Both the position numbers and the translations under genes were made by a program. Under the pieces are notes generated by a model. It had not been told where the DNA came from. It worked only from the letters and a program-made list of their open reading frames with translations, and did not search any database. From the NCBI GenBank assembly GCA_947494995.1, contig CANLWY010000009.1, positions 15,945-79,944 of the forward strand: a stretch of 64,000 bases of DNA, given 5' to 3'. This DNA is from an uncultured Campylobacterales bacterium (GTDB lineage: Bacteria > Campylobacterota > Campylobacteria > Campylobacterales > Arcobacteraceae). Positions 1 to 8,625 of this stretch are shown here, one piece after another. Position 1 is the stretch's first letter; the number at the start of each line of letters is the position of its first letter.

Positions 1-19
1 AAAAAATATAAGGACATAT

Positions 20-445
20 ATGCCTAAGGGTAAAAAAACTATTATAAAAGAGATTAAGTTATTAGAAAATGATGAAATTTTAATAAATGGAAAAGAGTAT
101 GTAATACTTGAAACAACAGAAGATATTGAAACTGCAAAAACTATGAAAGTCTCTTCAAATGGAAATAGAATATTAAGATTTGATGATGAAAAGAAAAAAG
201 CTAGAATAGATGTAAAAAGAAATATCAATATTGTTAAAGTGACATTTACAGATGAAATTAGAGCAAAACAGTTCAGTAAAAAAAATGATAAAAAATTAAT
301 ACTAGATAATGATACAAAAGAGACTATTGATACTGCAAGTTCATTTATTCAAGCGCGTGCTATTGTTGCAAACTTTAAAGATAAAGAAAATGAAAACTAT
401 GATAAAAAAATAGGTATTACTACTTTTTACTTATTTGAAGAATAA
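20..445 (+). CDS. hypothetical protein, no family recognised
   Basis: 141-aa track ORF. ATG 20 is preceded by AGGA (11-14), and a hairpin follows the stop. The protein is Lys/Asp-rich with no motif I can name. Confidence 0.5.
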   Translation: MPKGKKTIIKEIKLLENDEILINGKEYVILETTEDIETAKTMKVSSNGNRILRFDDEKKKARIDVKRNINIVKVTFTDEIRAKQFSKKNDKKLILDNDTKETIDTASSFIQARAIVANFKDKENENYDKKIGITTFYLFEE

Positions 446-447
446 TT

Positions 448-476
448 AAAGAGGGACCGTCTCCTTCTTTTTTATC
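448..476. terminator. hairpin terminator between convergent genes
   Basis: AAGAGGGA-ccgtc-TCCTTCTT (8 bp stem with one G-U pair) is followed by TTTTAT. It lies between the stop of 20..445 (+) and the stop of 489..938 (-). Confidence 0.5.
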
Positions 477-488
477 TTTATAAGAAGA

Positions 489-938
489 TTAATTTAAATC
501 AATTCTATGAATATCCCATTTATCTATTTTATTAAAGCCATGATTTTTTATGTATGAATATCCTATGTTATGACTTTTTAATACTCTCATTTCTATTCTG
601 ATATAGTTGTTTCTTATTGAGTAATCTTTGACAAAACTAAATAGTTCATTTATATTGTTTTCATTTTTGTATTTTTCTTTTAAGTATATATCTTCTAGGT
701 ATATTACTTTTTTACCTAAGTAAGTAGCTACTTTTTCTACATATATTATAAATCCAGTTAAGTCTTTCTCTTTATATATAAGAAATGCATTTGCACATGG
801 TCTTTCATCTAAAAATAGTTTTTTGTAATCTTCAAAAGTTGATGAAAAAAGCTTTTCTTGATTTTCTTCTATTGCTAATTGTTTATTTAAATCATATAGT
901 AGTTTAATATTTTCATCATTTATTTTTTCAAAATTCAT
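489..938 (-). CDS. GNAT-like N-acetyltransferase (divergent)
   Basis: 149 aa. The overall pattern (...IYLEDIYLKE...IRIEMRVLKSHNIGYSYIKNHGFNKI...W) resembles diamine/spermidine-type GNAT proteins. The Q/RxxGxG acetyl-CoA loop is not conserved, so the call is tentative. Confidence 0.5.
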   Translation of the reverse strand: MNFEKINDENIKLLYDLNKQLAIEENQEKLFSSTFEDYKKLFLDERPCANAFLIYKEKDLTGFIIYVEKVATYLGKKVIYLEDIYLKEKYKNENNINELFSFVKDYSIRNNYIRIEMRVLKSHNIGYSYIKNHGFNKIDKWDIHRIDLN

Positions 939-1034
939 TATTTTCCATATTTAATTTTTTTTGATAATATTATACATTATGGGAATAAAAAAAGAAATTA
1001 TATATATGATAAAAGGGGTAGTCCCCTTTATCTT

Positions 1035-1457
1035 CTAACCTCTTGCTATTAAAACACCCATAAATGGTAATATAAACAATAGTGCTAATTGCACTCTTAC
1101 TAGCATGATAATTACTTTTGGCATTTTTATACTTTCTACTGCTCTATTTTTATTTTTAATATAAAATATTGATGGATAGATTGATAATAAAGCAATGATA
1201 ATAAAAAGAGTTAATTTAGCGTGAAAAACTCCATTTTCTAAGTAAAAGCTTGAACCTTTACCTACAAACAACCAAAGTGCTAATCCAGCTATTAATGTTA
1301 AAACAGCACTAATTCCATAAACTATATCAATAAAAGCTATTTTTTTTAATTCTTCAATTTTATTTTCTGAGGCGATTAGTAGATGTTGCATTACTAAACA
1401 GCCAGCTAAACTCATAATTCCTATAAAGTGTAAATATCTAAAAAATATTTCTGCCAT
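1035..1457 (-). CDS. integral membrane protein, DUF2214-like
   Basis: 140 aa with four hydrophobic helices. The N-terminus FFRYLHFIGIMSLAGCLVMQHLL is typical of the DUF2214 family. Confidence 0.55.
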   Translation of the reverse strand: MAEIFFRYLHFIGIMSLAGCLVMQHLLIASENKIEELKKIAFIDIVYGISAVLTLIAGLALWLFVGKGSSFYLENGVFHAKLTLFIIIALLSIYPSIFYIKNKNRAVESIKMPKVIIMLVRVQLALLFILPFMGVLIARG

Positions 1458-1601
1458 TTTTTCTCCAATAATTTTTATAGAAGTTTATATAAGTAGTCTT
1501 AAAATAAGACTCATAAATTATGAATGAGTATTTATTTTATTAGATATTAAAAAAAGATATAATTTAAATACAAAAACAATGTAAATAGAAAAGAAATCAA
1601 G

Positions 1602-2042
1602 ATGATGAATGAAAATAATTCAAAAGATAAAATTCTTATACCACAACTAGCTCCTTGTGGAATATACTGTGGGGCATGTCCTTCTTTTGGAAAGACTTGT
1701 TATGGTTGTTCTTCAGAAGAGAATCAAAAAAGAACAAGTAAATGGAGTTGTAAATTAAGGCATTGTTGTTATTCTGAAAAAAAGATTTCTTATTGTTTTG
1801 AATGTGATGAATTTCCTTGTCAAAAATATAAAAAGAAGCTGATTAAATCTAATCCTTTAAACCCAAAATATAATTATAGGCATGAATTAATAGAAAACTC
1901 AAAAATGTTTTTTAACTTAGGTTTAGAAGAATATCTTCTTTATCAAGATAAAAAATGGAGATGTAAATCTTGCAATAAACGAGTTTATTGGTATGAATAT
2001 AAATGCAGTAGTTGTGGTGCTTCATATGAAGACAAAAGTTAA
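1602..2042 (+). CDS. cysteine-rich DUF3795-like protein
   Basis: 146 aa with the Cys pattern CGIYCGACPSF..CYGC...C....CFECDEFPC plus a C-terminal CKSC...CSSC pair. This points to a putative metal or Fe-S binding protein. Confidence 0.55.
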   Translation: MMNENNSKDKILIPQLAPCGIYCGACPSFGKTCYGCSSEENQKRTSKWSCKLRHCCYSEKKISYCFECDEFPCQKYKKKLIKSNPLNPKYNYRHELIENSKMFFNLGLEEYLLYQDKKWRCKSCNKRVYWYEYKCSSCGASYEDKS

Positions 2043-2155
2043 TATATAGCTTTACAATATTATAGAGTGCTTAGTAAAATTAAACTGAAAATGATATAAT
2101 TCAATCCTTATTAAAATAGTAAGAATAATTAAAAAATTTAAACAAGGAAATATTT

Positions 2156-2503
2156 TTGAACGAAACTATAATTTATCCAATTATTGCAATAGTAGCTTTT
2201 TTTGCTTATAAAAAATACACTCAACACAAGGTATTAAAACTTGTTCCTTCTCTTCTTGAAGAAGGTGCTCAAATTGTTGATGTTAGAACTGAAAATGAAT
2301 TCTCTTTTGCTAACAAAGAAGGAAGTATCAATATACCATTAGAGTCACTTAAAAGTAGAATGAATGAGTTAGATAATTCAAAACCTATAATTGTGTGTTG
2401 TGCTAGTGGGAGTAGAAGTGGCTTAGCTAGACGTCTTTTGATGACAAAAGGTTTTGAAAATGTACACAATGCAGGTACATGGAGTTCTCTTTTAAAGTTT
2501 TAG
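2156..2503 (+). CDS. membrane-anchored rhodanese-domain sulfurtransferase
   Basis: TTG start at 2156 with AAGGAAA at 2144-2150. There is an N-terminal TM helix, then VDVRTENEF...INIP and the active-site loop CCASGSRS. Confidence 0.8.
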   Translation: MNETIIYPIIAIVAFFAYKKYTQHKVLKLVPSLLEEGAQIVDVRTENEFSFANKEGSINIPLESLKSRMNELDNSKPIIVCCASGSRSGLARRLLMTKGFENVHNAGTWSSLLKF

Positions 2504-2576
2504 TAAATCTTTAAATTTTTCTATTCTTTTATAAAAAATTTACTACAATACCAAACTTTAAAAATAAGGTTAATAA

Positions 2577-2807
2577 ATGGCTGGTAAAGAATTAAATACA
2601 TCTAGTGTTAAAACTACAAAAGGTGATATGTTAGCATTACATGGAAATCAAAATAAAAATGCTACTAGAGTTACTTTTTCACAAGAGAAAAATCAAGCAG
2701 AACAAGTAGTCAATGCAAGAAAAGGTGCTAATGGTCAACTTGCTAAAAAGAAAGCTAAACGAAAATCTAAAGCAGCAAAAGCTTCTAGAAAGAAAAACAA
2801 AAAATAA
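2577..2807 (+). CDS. small highly basic protein, unknown function
   Basis: 76-aa ORF with a Lys/Arg-rich tail (AKKKAKRKSKAAKASRKKNKK) and AAGG upstream. No family recognised. Confidence 0.4.
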   Translation: MAGKELNTSSVKTTKGDMLALHGNQNKNATRVTFSQEKNQAEQVVNARKGANGQLAKKKAKRKSKAAKASRKKNKK

Positions 2808-2906
2808 AAATTACAATCTGCAATATTTTTAATCGTACAGACTTTTTTTCTATATACTTCTAAAAATAAAATTGAGGTTATTACAATAAAAAAGAAGGAA
2901 AGTATT

Positions 2907-3236
2907 GTGAATGGAAATATAGAAGTTACATATAAAATAGTTAATAAAAAAGATTTAAATCTATCTCTTAGTTTAGAAGAGCTTTTAACAAATGAAAAGA
3001 TAGTTAAACTCATCAAAAGTGAATTTGCTAAAGGGTATCGAAATATCGATGTTAAAATTGACACTGAGTTAAATGATAAGTTTAAGTTAGAGACTATTAA
3101 GGATTTACACCATTTTTCTGTATTAAAAGATGATTTTGCAGATATTCTTACTTTAGCAGAAGAAGATGCTTCAAGTAGAAAACTTCTTAAAAAAGATTGT
3201 TTTGTAGAGCTTGTGGATATAAAAACAGTAGAGTAA
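2907..3236 (+). CDS. hypothetical protein
   Basis: 109 aa. GTG start at 2907 follows GAAGGAAAG (2891-2899). It is tightly packed with the next two genes (stop 3236, next start 3238). Confidence 0.4.
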   Translation: MNGNIEVTYKIVNKKDLNLSLSLEELLTNEKIVKLIKSEFAKGYRNIDVKIDTELNDKFKLETIKDLHHFSVLKDDFADILTLAEEDASSRKLLKKDCFVELVDIKTVE

Positions 3237-3237
3237 A

Positions 3238-3585
3238 ATGAAAATATCGTATCATCGTAGGCGTAAGATTAAAACCCGAAGAATAGCTTTAAGGGATTTG
3301 ATTTTACAAGGAATTGAAAATCCCAAAGAACTAGCAAAAGAGTTAAAGGTTACACTCCCTACCATAAAAAGAGATTTAAAAGCACTTGAAACTATGAGTG
3401 AAGAGGATTTTTCTTTCCAAAAAGGACAAACATCTGCTGAAATACTCGACAAAAAAGATACTATATTAAGACTACTAGATGATGAAGAGTATTATACAGA
3501 AGATGGAAATGTAAACATATCAAAAATCATGCAAGAGCTTAAGACTAGTAGAACAACAATTCTATCTGTTTTAAATGGAGAATAA
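3238..3585 (+). CDS. small helix-turn-helix protein (DeoR/HTH_11-like segment)
   Basis: 115 aa. NPKELAKELKVTLPTIKRDLKALE looks like an HTH, and a second HTH-like stretch is ISKIMQELKTSRTTILSVLNG. The stop abuts the start of the GIY-YIG gene. Confidence 0.45.
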   Translation: MKISYHRRRKIKTRRIALRDLILQGIENPKELAKELKVTLPTIKRDLKALETMSEEDFSFQKGQTSAEILDKKDTILRLLDDEEYYTEDGNVNISKIMQELKTSRTTILSVLNGE

Positions 3586-3852
3586 ATGGCTTATTTTGTT
3601 TATATACTTGAATGTAATGATGGAAGTTTATATACAGGTATTACTACTGATGTTGTAAAACGTTTGGATGAACATAATAGTTCTGAAAAGGGTGCAAAAT
3701 ATACAAAAGCTAGACGTCCTGTAAAACTATTATATTCTGAGAGTTCTACAAATAGAAGTACTGCTTCAAAACGAGAATATGAGATTAAGAGATTTACCCG
3801 TTTAAAGAAACTACAATTAGTACAAAAATCTTCTAATAAAGATACCAATTAA
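3586..3852 (+). CDS. GIY-YIG nuclease superfamily protein (UPF0213 / YhbQ-like)
   Basis: 88 aa. FVYILECNDGSLYTGITTDVVKRLDEHN...REYEIK is the canonical GIY-YIG core. Confidence 0.8.
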   Translation: MAYFVYILECNDGSLYTGITTDVVKRLDEHNSSEKGAKYTKARRPVKLLYSESSTNRSTASKREYEIKRFTRLKKLQLVQKSSNKDTN

Positions 3853-3903
3853 TTATATTTATTTATTATTCAGATAGAATGAATTTTATAAGGGATATAT
3901 CTT

Positions 3904-4482
3904 ATGAATAATATAGAAAAAAATTCTGAAAAACTATTAGCACTAAACAAACCAAAAGGTTATGTAGTAACGCGTAGTGATGAGTTAGGGAGAAAAACAG
4001 TTTATGATCTTTTACCTTCTTGGGTTTTTGAAGATGAGTGGATGCCTATTGGACGTCTTGACTTAGAATCAAAAGGGCTTTTACTTTTTACTCAAGATGG
4101 AAAAGTTGGCAATGCTTTAACAAAACCAGGAGCTTGTATCAAGGTATATGAGATTTGGGTTAGGGGACATGTGACAGATGAACATATCTCTTTAGCTAAG
4201 AAAGGAGTAGATAGTAAATATGGATTACTAAAAGCTCTTGAACTTGAAAAAATTGGTATGGGTGGTGCGAAAACTAAACTTAGAATTAAGATCGATGAAG
4301 GAAAAAATCGACATATTAGAAGACTTTTTGGTTCTTTAAAAGACCCAAAGTTTGGAACACCTTTGAAGGTTTTAAACTTGACTAGAGTTAGTATTGGCAG
4401 TTTTAACCTTGATATTGAAAGTGGTAAATGGCGATATCTATCATTAGAGGAAGAAAAAACTTTAATGAATAGTTTTTATTAA
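3904..4482 (+). CDS. pseudouridine synthase, RsuA/RluE family (no S4 domain)
   Basis: 192 aa. LALNKPKGYVVT and the catalytic motif IGRLDLESKGLLLFTQDG are present, followed by NRHIRRL. Confidence 0.8.
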   Translation: MNNIEKNSEKLLALNKPKGYVVTRSDELGRKTVYDLLPSWVFEDEWMPIGRLDLESKGLLLFTQDGKVGNALTKPGACIKVYEIWVRGHVTDEHISLAKKGVDSKYGLLKALELEKIGMGGAKTKLRIKIDEGKNRHIRRLFGSLKDPKFGTPLKVLNLTRVSIGSFNLDIESGKWRYLSLEEEKTLMNSFY

Positions 4483-4553
4483 ATATGAATATATTTTATT
4501 ACAAATATTGAAAAACTTCTGTACACTATCTTCAAAATATTTAGGGAAAACAA

Positions 4554-4910
4554 ATGCTTAATAAAATAAATAAAGAAATAGAGACTTTTACATCTACAAT
4601 CAAAGAGCTTGAAGGCTGTGATAAGATGTTGATTTATATTAACAGTAATATTTATTCAGCTATAAAACTTTTAATGTTTGCATCTTCTTCTTTTTCAATC
4701 ATTGCAAGAGTTTTGATGTTCTTGATTATCTTTCTTGCCGGAGTACTTGTTTTAACTGCAATAGGAGCTGTAGCTTTTAATATTAACTATCTAATAGTAT
4801 CAGTTTTTGTTTTATTTATTTTGATATTAGTCTATGTCATGCATTTTAAAAACAATCTTTCATTAAGTATAAAGAATAAAAGAATTTCAATGGAAGAAAA
4901 CAAAAGTTAG
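4554..4910 (+). CDS. hypothetical membrane protein
   Basis: 118 aa with two or three long hydrophobic helices. No family recognised. Confidence 0.45.
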   Translation: MLNKINKEIETFTSTIKELEGCDKMLIYINSNIYSAIKLLMFASSSFSIIARVLMFLIIFLAGVLVLTAIGAVAFNINYLIVSVFVLFILILVYVMHFKNNLSLSIKNKRISMEENKS

Positions 4911-4985
4911 ATATTTGACTTTATATTATCTTTTTTTAACGACTTTTTTTATACAATCACACCAACAGAAAAAAAGGATGAGTAT

Positions 4986-5615
4986 ATGAATTTAATGTTA
5001 TTTGGTGCGCCAGGTGCAGGAAAAGGTACACAAGCAAAGTTTTTAATTGAAAAGTATGATATCCCTCAAATCTCAACAGGTGATATTTTAAGAGCTGCTA
5101 TTGCAGATAAAACTGCTATGGGAATGGAAGCTAAGAAATTTATGGATGCAGGACAATTAGTTCCTGATTCGACAATTATTGGTATTATTAAAGATAGATT
5201 AGCTGAAGCTGATTGTAAAAAAGGGTTTATTCTAGATGGTTTCCCAAGAACATTACCACAAGCAGAAGCTTTAAATGACTTAATGAACGATATGGAAATC
5301 TCTTTAGATAAAGTAATTTCATTAAATGTTCCAGATGAATTAATTGTTGAAAGAATCACTGGAAGAAGAACATCTAAAGTAACTGGTAAAATCTACCATA
5401 TGAAATTTAACCCACCAACTGATGAAAAAGAAGAAGATTTAATCCAAAGAGCTGATGATACAGAAGAGACTGTAACAAAAAGATTATCAGCATACCATGA
5501 GCAAACTGCTCCATTAATTGACTTCTACACAAGTATGGGTGTTATAGTTGAATTAGATGGTACTAAAGATGTATCAGATGTAACTGTTGATATGTTTAAG
5601 GCTATTGAAGGTTAA
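4986..5615 (+). CDS. adk: adenylate kinase
   Basis: P-loop GAPGAGKGTQ, STGDILRAA and GFILDGFPRT. The LID region lacks the Zn-binding cysteines. Confidence 0.95.
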   Translation: MNLMLFGAPGAGKGTQAKFLIEKYDIPQISTGDILRAAIADKTAMGMEAKKFMDAGQLVPDSTIIGIIKDRLAEADCKKGFILDGFPRTLPQAEALNDLMNDMEISLDKVISLNVPDELIVERITGRRTSKVTGKIYHMKFNPPTDEKEEDLIQRADDTEETVTKRLSAYHEQTAPLIDFYTSMGVIVELDGTKDVSDVTVDMFKAIEG

Positions 5616-5629
5616 TATAAGACATCTTA

Positions 5630-5656
5630 GGGGTTGAATTTATTTCAACTCCTTTT
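5630..5656. terminator. hairpin between convergent adk and the downstream minus-strand gene
   Basis: GGGGTTGAA-tttat-TTCAACTCC (9 bp with one G-U pair) followed by TTTT. It overlaps the stop codon of 5645..6019 (-). Confidence 0.45.
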
Positions 5657-6019
5657 AGTTATCTCATAGAGTTCTAAATTACTTTTTTTCTCTAATTCTT
5701 CTATTTTTTTAATAAGCTCTTCTTGAGTTTGAAAATCATATTTTTGACATATTTTTTCTATCAAATTATACTTTGTTTGTTTTGAATTGTCTATTTTGCT
5801 TTTTTCTTGCTCTTTTTGTATGTTATTCCTCTTTGTTATTACACTTTTTAAGTATAAATCTACAGCTTTAGTGTCTAATTCATCTTCAATCATAAATATA
5901 TCAAACTCTTTTAGGATATTTTCAACTTTTTCTTTTAAACTATTAAAACTGTAATCTTTTTTATCATTTGAAAGTTCTTCGATTTTCTGGTCAATTATAG
6001 CTAGTTCATCAGTAGTCAT
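5645..6019 (-). CDS. hypothetical coiled-coil protein
   Basis: 124 aa, Glu/Lys-rich with heptad-like character. No family recognised. Confidence 0.45.
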   Translation of the reverse strand: MTTDELAIIDQKIEELSNDKKDYSFNSLKEKVENILKEFDIFMIEDELDTKAVDLYLKSVITKRNNIQKEQEKSKIDNSKQTKYNLIEKICQKYDFQTQEELIKKIEELEKKSNLELYEITKRS

Positions 6020-6126
6020 TTTTTCTCTTGTTTATTTTTTTAATTCAAGATTAAAGTTTATCACAATATTACCTATATTCTTGCTATAAATATTTTGTAC
6101 TATTCTTTTTTTTAAGGAGCGATTAA

Positions 6127-6456
6127 ATGAATATTGAGATAGAAGATATAGAAAACAATGTAATTCAAAAACTAAAAACAATTAAAGATTTAGAGTTACC
6201 AATAAGTATATATGATTTAGGACTAATTTATAATACAGAAGTTGAAATAAAAGAAGAGGGTGTAAATGTAAATATTGAAACTACAGCAATAAATTCACGA
6301 TGTAATAGTACACTATCTTTTATTGAAGAGATTAAAACTCAAATAAAGAGTATCTCAGAGGTTGATGAATGTATTGTAAAGTTTGTATATTCTCCAAAGT
6401 GGGAAGTATCTATGATAACTCAAAAAGGTTTAGATCAGCTAAGAAGTGCTTATTAA
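6127..6456 (+). CDS. DUF59 / MIP18-family Fe-S cluster assembly-related protein
   Basis: 109 aa. ...LELPISIYDLGLIYN...VNIETTAINSRC...YSPKWEVSMITQKG matches the DUF59 pattern (DLGLIY, single Cys, P-W). Confidence 0.7.
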   Translation: MNIEIEDIENNVIQKLKTIKDLELPISIYDLGLIYNTEVEIKEEGVNVNIETTAINSRCNSTLSFIEEIKTQIKSISEVDECIVKFVYSPKWEVSMITQKGLDQLRSAY

Positions 6457-6460
6457 ATAG

Positions 6461-6487
6461 TATATCCCAAGACTTACTTGGGATATA
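6461..6487. terminator. perfect hairpin between convergent genes
   Basis: TATATCCCAAG-actta-CTTGGGATATA, an 11-bp perfect stem. There is no clear U-tract on either side. Confidence 0.5.
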
Positions 6488-6492
6488 TAGGA

Positions 6493-6912
6493 TTATGCTA
6501 TTTTTTGAATAGTAATAGTAAAGTTAAGATCTTTTCCTGCTAATGGGTGGTTAAAATCAACTTCAACTTCATTGTCTAAAATATTTGTAACAACTACTTG
6601 AATTGGATTTCCATCTTCACCTTGACCTTGAAGTGGCATACCAACTTGAAGCTCTAGGTCACCAAATTGTTCTTTTGGTACTAATTGTTTTGCTTGAGGG
6701 TTATAATCTCCATAAGCTTCTTGAGAAGGTACTGAAATCTCTCTTGTCTCACCTTCATTCATATCTTGTATTCTTGATTCTAATCCAGGGATTATTTTAC
6801 CTTCACCAAAAGAAAATTCTAAAACATCTTTGCCAATATTGCTATCAACAACTTCTCCATCTATTTTTAGTTCATAATTCATTGATACCAATTGATTGTT
6901 TTCTATAGCCAT
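6493..6912 (-). CDS. slyD: FKBP-type peptidyl-prolyl cis-trans isomerase, SlyD-like
   Basis: 139 aa. ...LEFSFGEGKIIPGLESRIQDMNEGE...EAYGDY...DFNHPLAGKDLNF. Confidence 0.85.
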   Translation of the reverse strand: MAIENNQLVSMNYELKIDGEVVDSNIGKDVLEFSFGEGKIIPGLESRIQDMNEGETREISVPSQEAYGDYNPQAKQLVPKEQFGDLELQVGMPLQGQGEDGNPIQVVVTNILDNEVEVDFNHPLAGKDLNFTITIQKIA

Positions 6913-6998
6913 ACTGACTCCTCTTTTTAAATTAATAACACTATATCAGAAAAAAATATTTTTGAGATAAATACATAGGGATTGTATTTAGAATTTTA

Positions 6999-7024
6999 AT
7001 ATCTCCCCAAAAAAGAGGAGATAT
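6999..7024 (-). terminator. possible terminator between the two FKBP paralogs
   Basis: On the minus strand: ATATCTCC-tcttttttgg-GGAGATAT followed by TAAAATT. The U-tract is weak. Confidence 0.4.
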
Positions 7025-7041
7025 AGTTTTAGCTGTTTTGA

Positions 7042-7461
7042 TTAAGCAATTTTTTGAATAACAACTGTAAAGTCTAGATCTTGTCCTGCTAATGGATGGT
7101 TATAATCAACTGTAACATTTTCTTTTGTTACATCAGTAACTGTTGCTTTGTATACTTCTCCATCATCTCCTTCAGCTTCTAAAACCATGCCAATTTCTAA
7201 GTCAATTCCTTCAAAATCTTCTATTGGTAGAGTTTCTGTCAATTCTTTGTCATATTCTCCATACGCTTCAAATGCAGGTACTTTAATCTCTTTTGTTTCA
7301 CCTTCATTCATATTTGCAATTCTTTCCTCAAGACCTTCTAGAAGTTCTCCTTTACCGTATGTAAACTCAATTGGGTCTGCATCTAGATTACTTTCTAAAA
7401 TATCGTCATTTATTCTGATTTCAAAATTCATTCTAACTATTTGATTTTTTTTAATTGCCAT
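7042..7461 (-). CDS. slyD: FKBP-type peptidyl-prolyl cis-trans isomerase, SlyD-like (paralog)
   Basis: 139 aa and collinear with the neighbouring paralog: IEFTYGKGELLEGLEERIANMNEGE...EAYGEY...DYNHPLAGQDLDF...IQKIA. Confidence 0.85.
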   Translation of the reverse strand: MAIKKNQIVRMNFEIRINDDILESNLDADPIEFTYGKGELLEGLEERIANMNEGETKEIKVPAFEAYGEYDKELTETLPIEDFEGIDLEIGMVLEAEGDDGEVYKATVTDVTKENVTVDYNHPLAGQDLDFTVVIQKIA

Positions 7462-7538
7462 TATTCTAAACCTTTATTTTTGATGAGTAACTATATCTAA
7501 AATTGATAACATTTAAGTAAAAAACAATACAATACTTT

Positions 7539-8477
7539 ATGATTTTTAGAATATTACTCTTAAATATAATGTTATTTTCTTTTTCCTTTTCTTCTTTTCA
7601 AGAACTTAAAATAGGGGACATTGATGATTATTATAAAAGTAGAATTAATAAACAAGAGCTACGAGATATTATTGATCAGATTGAATACTTATTTGAATCA
7701 AAATTAAATGTAAATGTGTTTGATTATTCAGAGTATGGAAAGACTATAAACATTATCTATGTTCCTCCTACTAAACTTGAAAAACGAATAGAGAAAAAAG
7801 TTGAAAAACTTAAAAATAAAGAGAAAGAAATTGAGACTTTAAATAAAAAATTACCTTTAATTCAAAGAAAAGTAAATAGATTAAAACAAGAGTTTGAATC
7901 AAATAATAGAATACTTACAAAAAAAATAGACTCTTTTAATAGTTATGTAAAAGGGATTAATCAAAAAAAATCTTTACCAAAAAATGAATATATAAAGGTA
8001 AAAAACTATGTGAAAAATGAGAATATAAAATTAAATAAACAATTAGAAGAACTCAAAAAAGAAGAACTCATAGTAAAAAAAGAGATTATGAAATACAATA
8101 AGAGTGTACGCTCTTTTAATAATTTGATTTATCAGTACAACAATCTTAATAATGAAATAAATAGAATGTCTAGAAATGTTAAGAAAATAAAAGGCATGAC
8201 TTTTGGAATAAAAGAGATTAGAACAAAGATATACTATAAAGATGGGAGGAGAGTAAAAGAGAAGAGTGAACGAAATAGTATGGATAAAATAGAGATTTAT
8301 GGTTTTAGAAATAAAAAAGAGTTAAAAACTATCCTTGCACATGAAATACTACATTTAGTTGGGCTTCCACATATAAATAAAAAAAGAGCCTTGATGAATC
8401 CTATAATACAAAAGAATCAACTTAAGAAATTGACACTAACAAAAGATGATATTATAAATTTTAATAATCATTTTTAA
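7539..8477 (+). CDS. secreted matrixin-like (metzincin) zinc metalloprotease with a long coiled-coil segment
   Basis: 312 aa with an N-terminal hydrophobic signal. HEILHLVGLPH is the HExxHxxGxxH motif and is followed by a Met-turn-like ALMNP. Roughly residues 80-215 are Lys/Glu-rich coiled coil. Confidence 0.7.
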   Translation: MIFRILLLNIMLFSFSFSSFQELKIGDIDDYYKSRINKQELRDIIDQIEYLFESKLNVNVFDYSEYGKTINIIYVPPTKLEKRIEKKVEKLKNKEKEIETLNKKLPLIQRKVNRLKQEFESNNRILTKKIDSFNSYVKGINQKKSLPKNEYIKVKNYVKNENIKLNKQLEELKKEELIVKKEIMKYNKSVRSFNNLIYQYNNLNNEINRMSRNVKKIKGMTFGIKEIRTKIYYKDGRRVKEKSERNSMDKIEIYGFRNKKELKTILAHEILHLVGLPHINKKRALMNPIIQKNQLKKLTLTKDDIINFNNHF

Positions 8478-8571
8478 AAAGATCAAAAAAAGTGAATTAT
8501 TACTTTTTTTTATATTAATAGCTTAAAGTACCATTAAATAGTATACTTATATAATTATTTAAAGTTATTTT

Positions 8572-8580
8572 TGATATAAT
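8572..8580 (+). promoter_or_regulatory. extended -10 box (TGaTATAAT) upstream of the chemoreceptor gene
   Basis: TG at 8572-8573 and TATAAT at 8575-8580, about 45 nt upstream of ATG 8626. GGAGAGGGG serves as the RBS. Confidence 0.35.
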
Positions 8581-8625
8581 TTCATTTGTTTTAATTATAT
8601 TTAAAAATGTTGGAGAGGGGCGAAC

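Noticed and set aside
2735-3064. A 109-aa minus-strand ORF overlapping two + strand genes.
   Set aside because: It overlaps the ends of 2577..2807 and 2907..3236 and has a Phe/Leu/Ser-rich composition. It has no RBS and no family signal. The + strand genes fit the operon spacing better.
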